A DNA stretch of 35,357 nucleotides from Atribacterota bacterium (GCA_040774925.1 JAXGTM010000003.1:1-35357); one strand, 5' to 3'; counted from the stretch's first letter, positions 1-10,438 are shown. Numbers and translations: made by a program. The notes: generated from the letters alone by a model not told the origin.

Positions 1-191
1 GAAGGGAAAGATAAGAAAATAAATAACCTATATCAGAGAAATTATTTATAGTGATAATCTATATTATTTTTAGATAATTACCGACAGACAGTTAACACTA
101 TAAAATGATATAATTTGAAATGATAGATTTGATTCTCTGGTATTTGAAATATTTTAGAAAGAAACGAATGTAAAAAGAAAGGGAGAATATT

Positions 192-350
192 ATGTGTGAA
201 GTGGATGAATTTGGGTTCACTGAAGATGAGTGGAATATCTTAGCAGGTTTTTTATTTCCTACTAAAAAAGAGCTGGAAGCGATGAGGGAGAAGTTTAAAG
301 ATATTGAAAGTGTCATGGAGATTTTAGATACTGTTGAAACTATTGGTTAA
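192..350 (+). CDS. Small acidic hypothetical protein, 52 aa (MCEVDEFGFTEDEWNILAGFLFPTKKELEAMREKFKDIESVMEILDTVETIG)
   Basis: Not in the ORF track (<60 aa). ATG at 192 is preceded by the SD-like AAAGGGAGA (178-186); TAA at 348-350. A diverged copy of its 3' half at 3915-4003 has several synonymous changes and the same stop position, which supports coding. Confidence 0.6.
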   Translation: MCEVDEFGFTEDEWNILAGFLFPTKKELEAMREKFKDIESVMEILDTVETIG

Positions 351-353
351 TAC
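265..353 (+). repeat. Copy 1 of an 89-bp diverged direct repeat (copy 2 at 3915-4003)
   Basis: Manual ungapped alignment: 72/89 identical, offset 3650 bp. Confidence 0.85.
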
Positions 354-687
354 CGGTGGACAGATAAGGGATAATTCTATCTTTGAACCCTTTCTTTTCC
401 GGTTATTAAAGAATATTGCCAGAATCTTCACTCTCACTCTCTCTCTTATTCTAACGGGAGCCTTCCCTGCCAGAAGAAATAGTATTAAAACGTTATCGAA
501 ATTTATAGTACTATAATCAGTGAGTGCAGCCAACAAATAGTAAACAGAAAAGAATATTTCCTTTCCGATAAAGATTATGAAAGATAATAAAATATCTGAA
601 AAAAATTCTACACACCTTTTTAAATAAACCAACTTCAATTTTTTCTAAAAATTCAAAATAAGAATTTCTCACCCAACCCATAACCTA

Positions 688-716
688 TTGACAAAAATTA
701 ATGTTTATAGGATAAT
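688..716 (+). promoter_or_regulatory. Sigma70-type promoter of marR
   Basis: TTGACA (688-693), 17-bp spacer, GATAAT (711-716). Confidence 0.7.
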
Positions 717-737
717 GTTAGGGACAATCTAACTAAC
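714..737. promoter_or_regulatory. Putative MarR operator 1
   Basis: AATGTTAGG-gacaatct-AACTAAC contains the inverted repeat GTTAG-N11-CTAAC and overlaps the -10/+1 region; the same box recurs at 1191-1214. Confidence 0.7.
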
Positions 738-752
738 TATTGAGGTGGCATT

Positions 753-1169
753 TTGGAAGAATATCATAACCTATTCAACGTATTTAATCGGTTCATGCAT
801 ATCAAGACAGAGTGCAGATACAATGTTATTAAAAAACATAATATTTCAGAGTTGTCACTAAAACAGATACAATACTTAAAAAAATTTGATCGACCAAAAC
901 ACGTGACTATCAGTCAGTTAGCTGAGGAACTGGGTCTGTCCAAGCCGACTGTCACCGAAATGGTGAAAAAGTTTATTAGACTGGATTATATTAAAAAAGA
1001 GCAATGTACCCGTGATGCCAGAGTTTATTACCTGTTTCTCACCGAAAAAGGTAGAATGATTGCCCGGTTGGAAGAGATAGCCAATGAACAATTTATAAAA
1101 AGAGTGAAAAATAGTTTAGATGAAGATGATATCAATTTATTGATAGAAATACTTTTAAAGATAATTTGA
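753..1169 (+). CDS. MarR-family transcriptional regulator
   Basis: 138 aa; winged HTH (TISQLAEELGLSKPTVTEMVKK), DxR wing (DARVYYLFLTEKG); TTG start with SD GAGGTG. Confidence 0.9.
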   Translation: MEEYHNLFNVFNRFMHIKTECRYNVIKKHNISELSLKQIQYLKKFDRPKHVTISQLAEELGLSKPTVTEMVKKFIRLDYIKKEQCTRDARVYYLFLTEKGRMIARLEEIANEQFIKRVKNSLDEDDINLLIEILLKII

Positions 1170-1190
1170 AAAGTCATTTTTTTTAAGATA

Positions 1191-1214
1191 AATGTTAGGT
1201 TAAATAAAACTAAC
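1191..1214. promoter_or_regulatory. Putative MarR operator 2, upstream of lon
   Basis: AATGTTAGG-ttaaataa-AACTAAC: identical arms and spacing to 714-737 (TGTTAG-N11-CTAACA). Confidence 0.7.
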
Positions 1215-1305
1215 AATACTAGATTTTATGCAGGATTTTTTAAAGATATTTGTATTGGTTGAAAGACGTAAAAGGTAATTCAGTTAAAGAAGTGAGGTAA
1301 GATTA

Positions 1306-3705
1306 ATGGACACTAATTATATGAAAGATAGATTAGCAATTATTGCCATGCCAGGACATGTGTTATTCAAAGGAATAAAAAGCACAATAAGAATTAATAG
1401 AGCATTAGCTGAATCAGTCTACCAAAGAATTAAACAGGATAATAATCATGCCATAGTGCTCCTTCTAAAAGAAGGATGCAATCTAGATAATTATCAGGAA
1501 AAAGATTTATACTCTATTGGGAGTTTGATAAAAATAGAGAAAATAGTGAATTCCAAAAGGACAAGTGATTTGAATGTAGAGGTTTTAGATAGAGTAGAAA
1601 TAAAAAATATAAGCAGAGAGCAGGATTATTATATTGCTGAATATGATATCAGTCCAGATATTGATGATTTAGATAAGAGCTCCCAAAAGCAGATGCTGGA
1701 ATATATTAAAGAGATTTCTGTTGAGATAAGCAAAGGCTTTATCGGTGCTGAAAGTTATGTTGAGTACATAAATAGTATTGATGATTTAGAAAAGATCATC
1801 AGTTATTTAATGCAGTTTATCAGCATTTCTGCTCCAGAAAAACAGGAGTTATTCGAGATAAGGTCCAGAAGAAAAAAGTGTTTAATGTTTTTAGACATTC
1901 TCATTAAACAAAAAGAGAATATCCAATTCCAGATGGAGATAAATGCAAAATTAACTGGTGAAGTAAATAAACAATATAGAGAGAAAATGCTGAGAGAACA
2001 GTTAAAAGCGATACAGGAAGAGCTGAACGAGGGACAGCAGTCTGGAAATAAAAAGAAAGATTATTTGTCTTTAATTAACGAGTCTCAAATGCCTGAGGAT
2101 ATAAAAGAGATTGCCCGGGAAGAAAATGAAAAATTGGAAAATCAAGGGCCGAATAATGTAGAGGCAAATGTAATAAGAAATTATTTAGATTTGTTGACTT
2201 CACTTCCCTGGGGCAAAAGCAGTATAAAAGAAGTAGACATCAAAGAAGCTAAGCAAATTTTAGAAAAAGATCATTATGGTCTGGAAAAGGTGAAGGAGAG
2301 AATTATTCAACACTTAACTGTGATGAAGCTCAAGAATAATCAACAGGGTTCAATACTTCTTCTGGTTGGACCTCCTGGAACAGGAAAGACCAGTTTAGGA
2401 AAGAGCATTGCTAAAGCGCTTCAAAGAGAGTATATAAGAATCAGTCTGGGTGGAGTGAGAGATGAAGCGGAGATAAGAGGGCACAGGAGGACATATGTAG
2501 GCGCGCTTCCCGGAAGGATCATACAGGGAATTAAAAAAGCAGGAACCAATAATCCTGTCTTTATATTGGATGAGGTAGATAAGCTGCTGGCTTCTAATAT
2601 GGGAGACCCGACCAGTGCATTGTTAGAAGTGCTGGATCCGGAACAAAATAATACTTTCTCAGATCATTATCTGGAAGTACCCTATGATCTGTCTGAGGTA
2701 TTTTTCATAGGGACAGCAAATTCTCTGAGGGACATCCCGGAACCATTGAAAGATAGAATGGAAATTATTCAGATCAACAGCTATACAACAACAGAGAAAT
2801 TCCATATTGCTAAAGAGCATCTCATTGATGAGGTTTTAGAGTGCCATGGACTTAAAGATGAGCAATTGAAAATAGAGGATGATGTTTTGAAAGCCATTAT
2901 AGATAAATACACCAGAGAAGCGGGAGTAAGAGGGTTAAAAAAACAATTATCCGCTATAGCAAGACATGCGACTGAAAAGATTGTAGTCGATGAGGTAAAT
3001 ATTCCTTATGTGGTAAAGGAAGAGATGTTGTTTGATATATTAGGACCTGAAATAGCAACCTATGACAAAGTAAAGAAGTCAAACCCACCTGGTGTAGTTA
3101 CCGGATTAGCCTGGACACCGGTTGGCGGAGATATTCTATTTATCGAAAGTGCTTTTATGCCAGGAAAGGGAGAGCTTATATTGACAGGACAGATGGGAGA
3201 GGTGATGAGGGAGTCTGCTAAAATATCTCAGAGTCTTATCAGATCGAGATTGTTTTTAAGCCTGGAAGAAAATCATTTTGCCAAGCATGATCTCCACATA
3301 CATATACCGCAGGGTTCCATACCTAAGGATGGTCCATCTGCTGGTGTGACTCTCTTTACATCTATTGCGTCTCTCTTTACTGGAATTCCAGTAGATGCAA
3401 AGACTGCCATGACCGGAGAAATATCCTTAAGAGGCAAGATTCTTCCAGTGGGTGGAATTAAAGAAAAAGTAATAGCAGCACATCGTTCAGGAATTAAGAA
3501 AATACTTCTTCCTTCTGAAAATAGGAAAGACCTTTGTGATGTTCCAGAAGAAATAAAGAAGGATATTCAGTTTGTTTTTATCGAAACAATTGAAGAATTG
3601 TTGCAAGAGACATTAGGCATAAAGCTTCCAAAGGTTAGTAATTTACATTTTTACTTTCCTGATAAAGATGCCCTGACAACCGATAAGGAATTTGTCAAAG
3701 TGTAA
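1306..3705 (+). CDS. lon: ATP-dependent protease La (LonA)
   Basis: 799 aa; Walker A GPPGTGKT, Walker [21 protein letters not shown], catalytic Ser in PKDGPSAG and Lys in GGIKEK. Confidence 0.97.
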   Translation: MDTNYMKDRLAIIAMPGHVLFKGIKSTIRINRALAESVYQRIKQDNNHAIVLLLKEGCNLDNYQEKDLYSIGSLIKIEKIVNSKRTSDLNVEVLDRVEIKNISREQDYYIAEYDISPDIDDLDKSSQKQMLEYIKEISVEISKGFIGAESYVEYINSIDDLEKIISYLMQFISISAPEKQELFEIRSRRKKCLMFLDILIKQKENIQFQMEINAKLTGEVNKQYREKMLREQLKAIQEELNEGQQSGNKKKDYLSLINESQMPEDIKEIAREENEKLENQGPNNVEANVIRNYLDLLTSLPWGKSSIKEVDIKEAKQILEKDHYGLEKVKERIIQHLTVMKLKNNQQGSILLLVGPPGTGKTSLGKSIAKALQREYIRISLGGVRDEAEIRGHRRTYVGALPGRIIQGIKKAGTNNPVFILDEVDKLLASNMGDPTSALLEVLDPEQNNTFSDHYLEVPYDLSEVFFIGTANSLRDIPEPLKDRMEIIQINSYTTTEKFHIAKEHLIDEVLECHGLKDEQLKIEDDVLKAIIDKYTREAGVRGLKKQLSAIARHATEKIVVDEVNIPYVVKEEMLFDILGPEIATYDKVKKSNPPGVVTGLAWTPVGGDILFIESAFMPGKGELILTGQMGEVMRESAKISQSLIRSRLFLSLEENHFAKHDLHIHIPQGSIPKDGPSAGVTLFTSIASLFTGIPVDAKTAMTGEISLRGKILPVGGIKEKVIAAHRSGIKKILLPSENRKDLCDVPEEIKKDIQFVFIETIEELLQETLGIKLPKVSNLHFYFPDKDALTTDKEFVKV

Positions 3706-3758
3706 TAGAATGAAACACTACCTGAAAAATTTCTATTAACTATATCTAACCTCAAACT

Positions 3759-3800
3759 TAATAAAACCCCTTTAGCTTTCTTGCTAAAGGGGTTTTATTA
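3759..3800. terminator. Intrinsic terminator after lon (potentially bidirectional)
   Basis: Perfect 18-bp stem TAATAAAACCCCTTTAGC-tttctt-GCTAAAGGGGTTTTATTA with A/T tracts on both sides. Confidence 0.85.
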
Positions 3801-3914
3801 TTTTAAATGGTTTTAACCAAAAACAATATAGGAATTGTCTTCAAAAGCATAGCCCCGTGAACTGTTGCTTTTAATGTATCTCTCTAATTGTGTGAATTAA
3901 AATAACTAGTGACC

Positions 3915-4003
3915 AAAAAGAGTTGGAAGCGATGAAAGAAAAATTTAAAGGTATTGAAAGTGTCTTAAAGATCTTGAATATGGATGACACTATTGATTAA
4001 TAC
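3915..4003 (+). pseudogene. Truncated paralogue of the small ORF at 192-350 (repeat copy 2)
   Basis: Translates as (Q)KELEAMKEKFKGIESVLKILNMDDTID* versus (K)KELEAMREKFKDIESVMEILDTVETIG*. An in-frame TGA lies at 3893-3895 and there is no counterpart to the N-terminal half. Confidence 0.65.
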
Positions 4004-4295
4004 TATTAGAGAAAATTAATTAATAATTATGGCAGTTTGAAAGATGTCAAATATGATGATTACAATTTTTATATATAAATAAATTTGATTTAAATTAACT
4101 AATTTAATACATAAGTCAGTGAATTGCCCTTAATAGTGGTTTTGTCAATATTTCTTTAATAATTTCAATTCTAAATACAACATTTATCATACCTTCATTA
4201 TTTGCATAAAGTACTCAGCTATCTTCAGTTTATACTTTTTTGGTTCTATGATATGATTAATGTTGTTATAGGTTTTTTTCTGGAGGTTTAATGTG

Positions 4296-5891
4296 ATGAA
4301 AAATAATGGTACTTATTTTATAGGGGTAGATATTGGAACTGGCAGTGTTAGAGCTGCTGTCTTTTCGGCTGCCGGTAAAATGATTGGTTTAGGCATTTCC
4401 CCAATTAGAATTTATCGGCCTAAAGAAGATTTTGTGGAACAATCATCAGAAAATATTTGGAAACAATCTGGTAATGCTGTCAAACAGGCAATTGCAATGG
4501 CAAATATTCCAACTTCATCAATAAAGGGAATAGGGTTTGATGCAACATGTTCTTTAGTTGCATTAGGTACCGAATTCGAACCCATTTCAATATCTCCTAC
4601 AGGTAAGAAAGACCAGAATATTATTGTATGGATGGATCATCGTGCCTTAAAAGAAGCAGCTGAAATTAATGAAACTGATGACGAGGTCTTGAGATATGTA
4701 GGTGGCAAAATTAGTCCAGAAATGCAAATTCCAAAAATCTTGTGGTTAAAACGAAATTTACCTGAACAGTATAAAAATACAAAAAAGTTTTTAGATTTAG
4801 CAGATTATATGGTTTTTCGCTCTACCGGAGAAGATGTTCGAAGTGTTTGTACCATGACTTGCAAATGGACATATCTTGCTCATGAAAAACGCTGGAGTAA
4901 AAAACTATTTAAAGAAATTCAATTAGAAGATTTATTTGAAAATAATCGTATAGGATCTAAAATCGAGGAACTAGGTAAGCCTGTAAACTATTTAACCAAA
5001 AAAGCTGCTGCCAATTTTGGTTTAACCACCGACACAATAGTATCAGTGGGAATAATTGATGCTCATTCTGGAGGATTAGGCATAGTTGGACCCAATCCTG
5101 AAGAAACCATATCTATCATTGCAGGTACTTCTTCTTGCCATATGGCTATCAGCAAAGAACCCCTATTTGTCCCTGGCGTTTGGGGGCCCTATTTTGGTGC
5201 CATGCTCCCAGATATGTGGCTGAATGAGGGTGGACAGAGTTCAGCTGGTTCGTTAATTGACTATATTATTTCAGAATCTGCCATTTTCCCTGATCTCAAG
5301 AGAGAAGCAAAAAAGAAAGGGGCAAGCTATTATGAAATACTCAATGATGTAATAAATGAAATGGAAAAAGAAAATATCTATTTAACCAAAGATTTTCATC
5401 TATTAGGATATTTTCATGGTAATCGTTCTCCAAGGGCAAATCCGAATTTGAAAGGAATGATTAGTGGTCTTACATTGAATCAAACAAAAATGGAGTTAGC
5501 AAAGAAATATTTAGCAGCAGCACAATCTGTTGCTTATGGAACAAGACATATCATTGAAACAATGAATGAGGCTGGCCATAAAATAAAAAATATTCATATG
5601 TGCGGTGGAATAGCCAAGAATAGATTGTGGCTTAGAGAACATGTGGATATAACAGGGTATGAGATTGTCCTACCTGAAGAACTGGAATCAGTCCTTTTAG
5701 GTGGTGCTATACTTGCTTCAACTGCTTCAGGGTATTACCCGGATATCTATACGGCAATTAAATTTATGTGGGGTAAAGGTGAAAAAATCATTCCTGGAGA
5801 TCAATTAAAACAACAGTTTCATGAAAAGAAATACAGAGTATTTCAGGAATTATATCTTGACCAGTTAAAATATCAAAAGATGATGGAATGA
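4296..5891 (+). CDS. FGGY-family pentulose kinase (D-ribulokinase-like)
   Basis: GVDIGTGSVRA, GFDATCSLV, WMDHRA, SPEMQIPKILWL and FHGNRSPRA are motifs of the FGGY/D-ribulokinase subfamily. SD GGAGGT at 4282-4287 favours ATG 4296 (GTG 4293 is an alternative). Confidence 0.88.
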   Translation: MKNNGTYFIGVDIGTGSVRAAVFSAAGKMIGLGISPIRIYRPKEDFVEQSSENIWKQSGNAVKQAIAMANIPTSSIKGIGFDATCSLVALGTEFEPISISPTGKKDQNIIVWMDHRALKEAAEINETDDEVLRYVGGKISPEMQIPKILWLKRNLPEQYKNTKKFLDLADYMVFRSTGEDVRSVCTMTCKWTYLAHEKRWSKKLFKEIQLEDLFENNRIGSKIEELGKPVNYLTKKAAANFGLTTDTIVSVGIIDAHSGGLGIVGPNPEETISIIAGTSSCHMAISKEPLFVPGVWGPYFGAMLPDMWLNEGGQSSAGSLIDYIISESAIFPDLKREAKKKGASYYEILNDVINEMEKENIYLTKDFHLLGYFHGNRSPRANPNLKGMISGLTLNQTKMELAKKYLAAAQSVAYGTRHIIETMNEAGHKIKNIHMCGGIAKNRLWLREHVDITGYEIVLPEELESVLLGGAILASTASGYYPDIYTAIKFMWGKGEKIIPGDQLKQQFHEKKYRVFQELYLDQLKYQKMME

Positions 5892-6224
5892 AATTGAAGA
5901 GTAACGATAGACTAAAACTATTGTACTGTTTACTACAAAGAAGAAAATATACTTTGTGATATTTTATAGTAGTATTACTTTTGTTACCAGAATTTTTAGA
6001 AATGAGTGTCAATGTTATAATTACTTCATTTTATTTTTAGGTGCGGGGTATATCTTTGAGGTGGGGAATAAGACATAACTACCTCTTTTACTATAATATT
6101 ATCCTTATTTCAATCAACTCATAAATTGTTATACTTAAGCACAGCTACTTGTAAATTACAATTTTCTAAGATAATCAATAAATTATAGATTATTATGAAA
6201 AAAACGTAAGACTTACTTCAAATA

Positions 6225-6253
6225 TTGACAATTATAGAATATCCTTTTATAAT
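6225..6253 (+). promoter_or_regulatory. Consensus sigma70 promoter of the lacI-TRAP operon
   Basis: TTGACA (6225-6230), 17 bp, TATAAT (6248-6253). Confidence 0.85.
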
Positions 6254-6268
6254 ATAACTGATAATAAT

Positions 6269-6282
6269 TGTAATCGATTACA
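6269..6282. promoter_or_regulatory. LacI-family operator
   Basis: Perfect palindrome TGTAATCGATTACA with central CG, typical of LacI/GalR sites, just downstream of the predicted +1. Confidence 0.8.
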
Positions 6283-6344
6283 TTTCATTCATTAACTATT
6301 ATAATCATTTTCTTCACAATTTTCTTACAGTTTTAATAATAAAT

Positions 6345-7370
6345 ATGAAAATAAATATTAAAAATGTAGCTGAAAAAGCAGGATTTTCTACAGCAACTGT
6401 TTCAAGAGTTTTGAGAAATTACCCCGGAGTTAGAGAACAGACAAGAAAAAAAATTCTGAACACTATATCCGAATTAAATTACGAGATTAATGCTGTTGCT
6501 AGAAATCTTAGACAGAAAAAAACTTATTCTATTGGGATAATAGTAGGTAATGTACTTTCACAATTTTATTCAGTAATTGCCAAATCTGTTGAAGATACCG
6601 CCAACAAATATGGATATAACGTTATTTTATGCAATGGAGATGAAGACCCAGAAAAGGAATTGAATTATTTGAGGGTTTTAAAATCTAACAGAGTAGATGG
6701 CATTATACTAACCCCCACAGGTAAAAATTCTACCTATATAAAGCATTTAATAAATTCTGGAACCAGAGTAGTACTTCTAGACCGTTTATTGGAAGGGGTA
6801 AACTGCGACACTGTATTAGTTGATAATGCAATTGGTGCTTATAAGGCTGTAAGGCATTTAATAGAGAGAGGATATAAAAAAATTGGCATAGTAAATGGTT
6901 ATCTTGACCGAACTACCGGTGCTGAAAGATTGAGAGGTTATCTAAATGCACTTAGGGAAGCGGGAATTACAAAAGATGACAGTTTAATTAAAATGGGTAA
7001 TTTTAAAAAAGAAAATGGTAGAAAGTTAACTAAAGAGTTGCTGAATCAACCAAACAAACCAGAAGCAATCTTTACCGCTAATATAGACATTTCCATAGGT
7101 GCCCTAATTGCAATTAAAGAAATGAATTTGAAGATTCCTGAAGATATAGGCATTGTCTGTTTTGATGATTCAGACTGGATGTCAATTTTTGAGCCCCCTA
7201 TTACAGTAATCAGGCAGCCAGTATATCAATTAGGTTCTCAAGCTAGCGAGCTACTAATTAAAAAAATTGAAAATGAACAGAATGACTTATCTATAAATAA
7301 CAGAATAATATTAAATACGGAACTAATCATCAGAAAATCTACTAGAAAATTAAATAATTCAATTAAATAA
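6345..7370 (+). CDS. LacI-family transcriptional regulator
   Basis: N-terminal HTH (IKNVAEKAGFSTATVSRVL), hinge ARNL, sugar-binding domain (IPEDIGIVCFDD, PPITVIRQP). Confidence 0.95.
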   Translation: MKINIKNVAEKAGFSTATVSRVLRNYPGVREQTRKKILNTISELNYEINAVARNLRQKKTYSIGIIVGNVLSQFYSVIAKSVEDTANKYGYNVILCNGDEDPEKELNYLRVLKSNRVDGIILTPTGKNSTYIKHLINSGTRVVLLDRLLEGVNCDTVLVDNAIGAYKAVRHLIERGYKKIGIVNGYLDRTTGAERLRGYLNALREAGITKDDSLIKMGNFKKENGRKLTKELLNQPNKPEAIFTANIDISIGALIAIKEMNLKIPEDIGIVCFDDSDWMSIFEPPITVIRQPVYQLGSQASELLIKKIENEQNDLSINNRIILNTELIIRKSTRKLNNSIK

Positions 7371-7493
7371 CTGTTATTCTTGCCTCCGGTTAACCCTATA
7401 TATAAGAAAGGAGGTGAATTAAAACAATCTTCATAATATTTTCTTTGTATTAATTAGCAAGTAAATAAAGTTAGATTAAAAGGAGAGTTTGTT

Positions 7494-8513
7494 ATGAAAA
7501 GAGTTAAAATTGTTTTAATGTTATGTTTGTTTTTTCTTTTATCATCAATAGTAGCTTTTGCTCAGCAGCCAACATATCATCTAAAATTTTCCACTGCTGC
7601 CACTCCTTTAGAGCCACAAACCCAAGGATTTATGAAATTTGCTGAGGTCATAGAGGGTTTGACAAATGGGGACATTAAAGTAACCATTTATCACTCTGGT
7701 CAGTTAGCAGACCAAAAAACACAGGTTCTCGGTACAATGAGGGGAGATATTGAAATGTCTGATGGTGCACCTTCCTGGTTTGGAGACCTCGTTCCATATC
7801 CAGAAATAGGAGTATTAGAGGCTGCATATGTTTTTAAAAATTTAGACCATCTATACTACGTGGTAAATGGCCCTATAGGAAAAGCTTACTGGGATGAACT
7901 CAGAAAGCGTTCAGGATTAGTAGTGCTAGACACCTGGTTTTTAGGAACCAGACAGTTAAATCTGACTAAAAAAGCAGGTGAAGTAAGAACTCCTGAAGAT
8001 TTAAAGGGTGTTAAACTAAGAATGCCTGGTTCTGAGGCATGGATGGATGTCGGTCGTGGATTAGGTGCTCAACCCACTCCTTTAGGATTTAATGAGGTAT
8101 ATATGGCTCTAAAGACCGGCACTATTGATGGACAGGATAATCCGCTACCAACTGACTATTCCAGTAAATTTTATGAAGTGACACATTACATCGTCTTAAC
8201 TGATCATCAAATGACCATAATTAATCCCACTATTAATGAAAAAGTGTGGGAAAGCTTGCCGGAAGAATACAAAGTTTATATGAAAATGGCACTAATGGTG
8301 GGAAGAAACTATTGTAATCAATTAGTTTTAGAACAGGAAGCAAGTCTGATTGCTAAATTCCAAAATGAATATGGTATGGAGATTATTGTTCCGGATAAAG
8401 ATGCATTTATGGCAAATGTGAAAAAGGTATATGAAAAGAATGATGATCTATGGGGTAAGGGTGTCTATGAGATGATACAAAATGTCAGTTCAGAATTGTA
8501 TGATGCAGAATAA
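7494..8513 (+). CDS. dctP: TRAP transporter substrate-binding protein, SiaP-like
   Basis: Signal peptide (..SIVAFA/QQ); GTRQ, DLKGVKLRMP (carboxylate-binding Arg), PLGFNEVYMALKTGTIDGQDNPL. Confidence 0.93.
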   Translation: MKRVKIVLMLCLFFLLSSIVAFAQQPTYHLKFSTAATPLEPQTQGFMKFAEVIEGLTNGDIKVTIYHSGQLADQKTQVLGTMRGDIEMSDGAPSWFGDLVPYPEIGVLEAAYVFKNLDHLYYVVNGPIGKAYWDELRKRSGLVVLDTWFLGTRQLNLTKKAGEVRTPEDLKGVKLRMPGSEAWMDVGRGLGAQPTPLGFNEVYMALKTGTIDGQDNPLPTDYSSKFYEVTHYIVLTDHQMTIINPTINEKVWESLPEEYKVYMKMALMVGRNYCNQLVLEQEASLIAKFQNEYGMEIIVPDKDAFMANVKKVYEKNDDLWGKGVYEMIQNVSSELYDAE

Positions 8514-8544
8514 TCAGTTTAGTGACCCCTAAAAATTTCCTGAA

Positions 8545-8583
8545 CAGTAAGAGGGGTAAGAAATGTTCCTACCTCTCTTACTG
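8545..8583 (+). other. Intercistronic stem-loop after dctP
   Basis: CAGTAAGAGGGGTA...TACCTCTCTTACTG, a 14-bp stem with one G-U pair and no U tract. Confidence 0.7.
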
Positions 8584-8632
8584 AAATAGCCGTAACTGGT
8601 ATTTTCTTAAAACAAAGAGGGGGAATTACTCA

Positions 8633-9139
8633 ATGAAATCCTTAAAGAATATATGTAATTACATATTCATTTTTTTTGAAGAGTATTTATCATCTTTAGC
8701 TTTACTGGTGTGTGCCGCTACTGTTACAATACAAGTTTTTTATCGATATTTTCTTAATATTTCTTTAGAATGGCCTTTTGAATTATCTGTTTATGCCTAT
8801 ATCTGGGCTTTGTATCTTGGTGCAGCCTGGGGAGTAAGAGAAGAACATCATGTTAAATTTAATATAGTATATGATGCCCTGTCTCCAAAGGTACAAAAGA
8901 TAATCGACATAATTTTCAATTCTATTACTACAATTGTTTTTATAATTATTTTTATACCTGTATGGGATTATCTGTTATTCAATTACAGGATTAAGACAGC
9001 TGCTCTTAAAATTCCCTGGACTTATGTTTTCGGTGTATTCTCCATATTCTTGACCTTAACAATTATTCACAATATTGGACATATTGTTCGTGATATCAAA
9101 TTTTTGATGACAAGTAAAAAATTAGAAAACAGAGGGTAA
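8633..9139 (+). CDS. dctQ: TRAP transporter small permease
   Basis: 168 aa, four hydrophobic segments, QVFYRY..WPFELS, GVREEHHV. Confidence 0.92.
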   Translation: MKSLKNICNYIFIFFEEYLSSLALLVCAATVTIQVFYRYFLNISLEWPFELSVYAYIWALYLGAAWGVREEHHVKFNIVYDALSPKVQKIIDIIFNSITTIVFIIIFIPVWDYLLFNYRIKTAALKIPWTYVFGVFSIFLTLTIIHNIGHIVRDIKFLMTSKKLENRG

Positions 9140-9145
9140 GATAAA

Positions 9146-10438
9146 ATGCTTATAGCAATATGGGTAATTCTATTTGCAATTATGTTTATATTTGGATATC
9201 CTATTATCTTTGCCGTTTCCGTTCCTTCAATACTTTATGTAATTTTGGCAAAAATACATTATGCAGTTATTGTAGATGCTATGGTAATAGGTTTTGAAAA
9301 ACAATTTGTTTTATTGGCTGTACCATTATTTATTCTTGCTGCCAGAATAATGAATGAGAGTTTGATAACCGAACGTCTTTTTAATTTTGCCGGTAGATTG
9401 GTAGGTTCACTGAAAGGTGGGCTGGGACAGGTCAATGTGTTAGTTTCAGTTCTATTTGCTGGAATGACCGGTTCGGCAATAGCCGATGCCTCTGGATTAG
9501 GGATAATAGAAATAAGAGCTATGAATGATGCCGGCTTCGATCCAGAATTTAGCTGTGCCGTTACTGCAGCGAGTGCAACACTAGGTCCTATTATCCCCCC
9601 AAGTATCCCTATGGTTATTTATTCAATGACTTCAGGAGCTTCTTTGGGCCATTTATTTCTTGGTGGAGTTCTTCCTGGTGTATTTTTAGCAGGGGCTATG
9701 ATGGTCTATGTTGCCTATATTTCAAATAAACGAAACTATCCTACTGGAGAACCATTCAATTTAAAAAGTTTAATGAAAGCTTTTTTTAAGGCATTTTTTC
9801 CATTATTGACACCAGTCATCCTATTGGGAGGCATATACGGTGGAGTGTTTACACCAACTGAGGCAGCTGCAGTTACTGTGTTTTATGCTTTTGTATTATC
9901 AGTATTTGGCTATCGTATTTTAGGATTCAAAGGATTGGTAAAAGTTTTTAAAGAATCTGCTCTAAGTACCGGGTATGTTTCAGCAATGGTAGCAGCTGCT
10001 CTTATTTTTAGTTATATTGTTTCGAGAGAGCAGTTGCCTGTAGCTATAACCAATGCCGTTATGAATTCAGGGATTGTTACCAATAAATATATTTTCCTCT
10101 TATTTGTCAATTTACTGTTATTACTATTAGGTTGTTTTATGGATCCCATTGTAGGATTGCTTATCGTAATGCCTATACTTGTACCAATAGCCATATTATT
10201 TGAAGTTGATTTAGTCCATTTTGGAGTTATAACAACATTGAATCTTATGATTGGCCTCTGTACTCCACCTTATGGAGAGAGTTTGTTTATAGTAAGTGCC
10301 ATATCAAAGGTTCCTTTAGGAGGGATTATTAGGGAAATGTGGCCTTTTCTCGCAGTCTTAATAACTGTTTTACTTATTTGTACATATTTCCCAGAGATAA
10401 TTCTGTTTATTCCAAAATTGGCAGGATATGTACCTTAA
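9146..10438 (+). CDS. dctM: TRAP transporter large permease
   Basis: LLAVPLFILA, FAGMTGSAIADA, GPIIPPSIP, GVFTPTEAAA, GLCTPPYG. Confidence 0.95.
   Translation: MLIAIWVILFAIMFIFGYPIIFAVSVPSILYVILAKIHYAVIVDAMVIGFEKQFVLLAVPLFILAARIMNESLITERLFNFAGRLVGSLKGGLGQVNVLVSVLFAGMTGSAIADASGLGIIEIRAMNDAGFDPEFSCAVTAASATLGPIIPPSIPMVIYSMTSGASLGHLFLGGVLPGVFLAGAMMVYVAYISNKRNYPTGEPFNLKSLMKAFFKAFFPLLTPVILLGGIYGGVFTPTEAAAVTVFYAFVLSVFGYRILGFKGLVKVFKESALSTGYVSAMVAAALIFSYIVSREQLPVAITNAVMNSGIVTNKYIFLLFVNLLLLLLGCFMDPIVGLLIVMPILVPIAILFEVDLVHFGVITTLNLMIGLCTPPYGESLFIVSAISKVPLGGIIREMWPFLAVLITVLLICTYFPEIILFIPKLAGYVP

Noticed and set aside
98-638. Track ORFs 98-316 (-), 324-638 (-) and 334-516 (+)
   Set aside because: No recognisable motifs or convincing SD; 98-316 is antisense to the better-supported ORF at 192-350.
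7407-7417. Very strong SD-like AAAGGAGGTGA between lacI and dctP
   Set aside because: No start codon at usable spacing and no ORF follows; dctP has its own SD.
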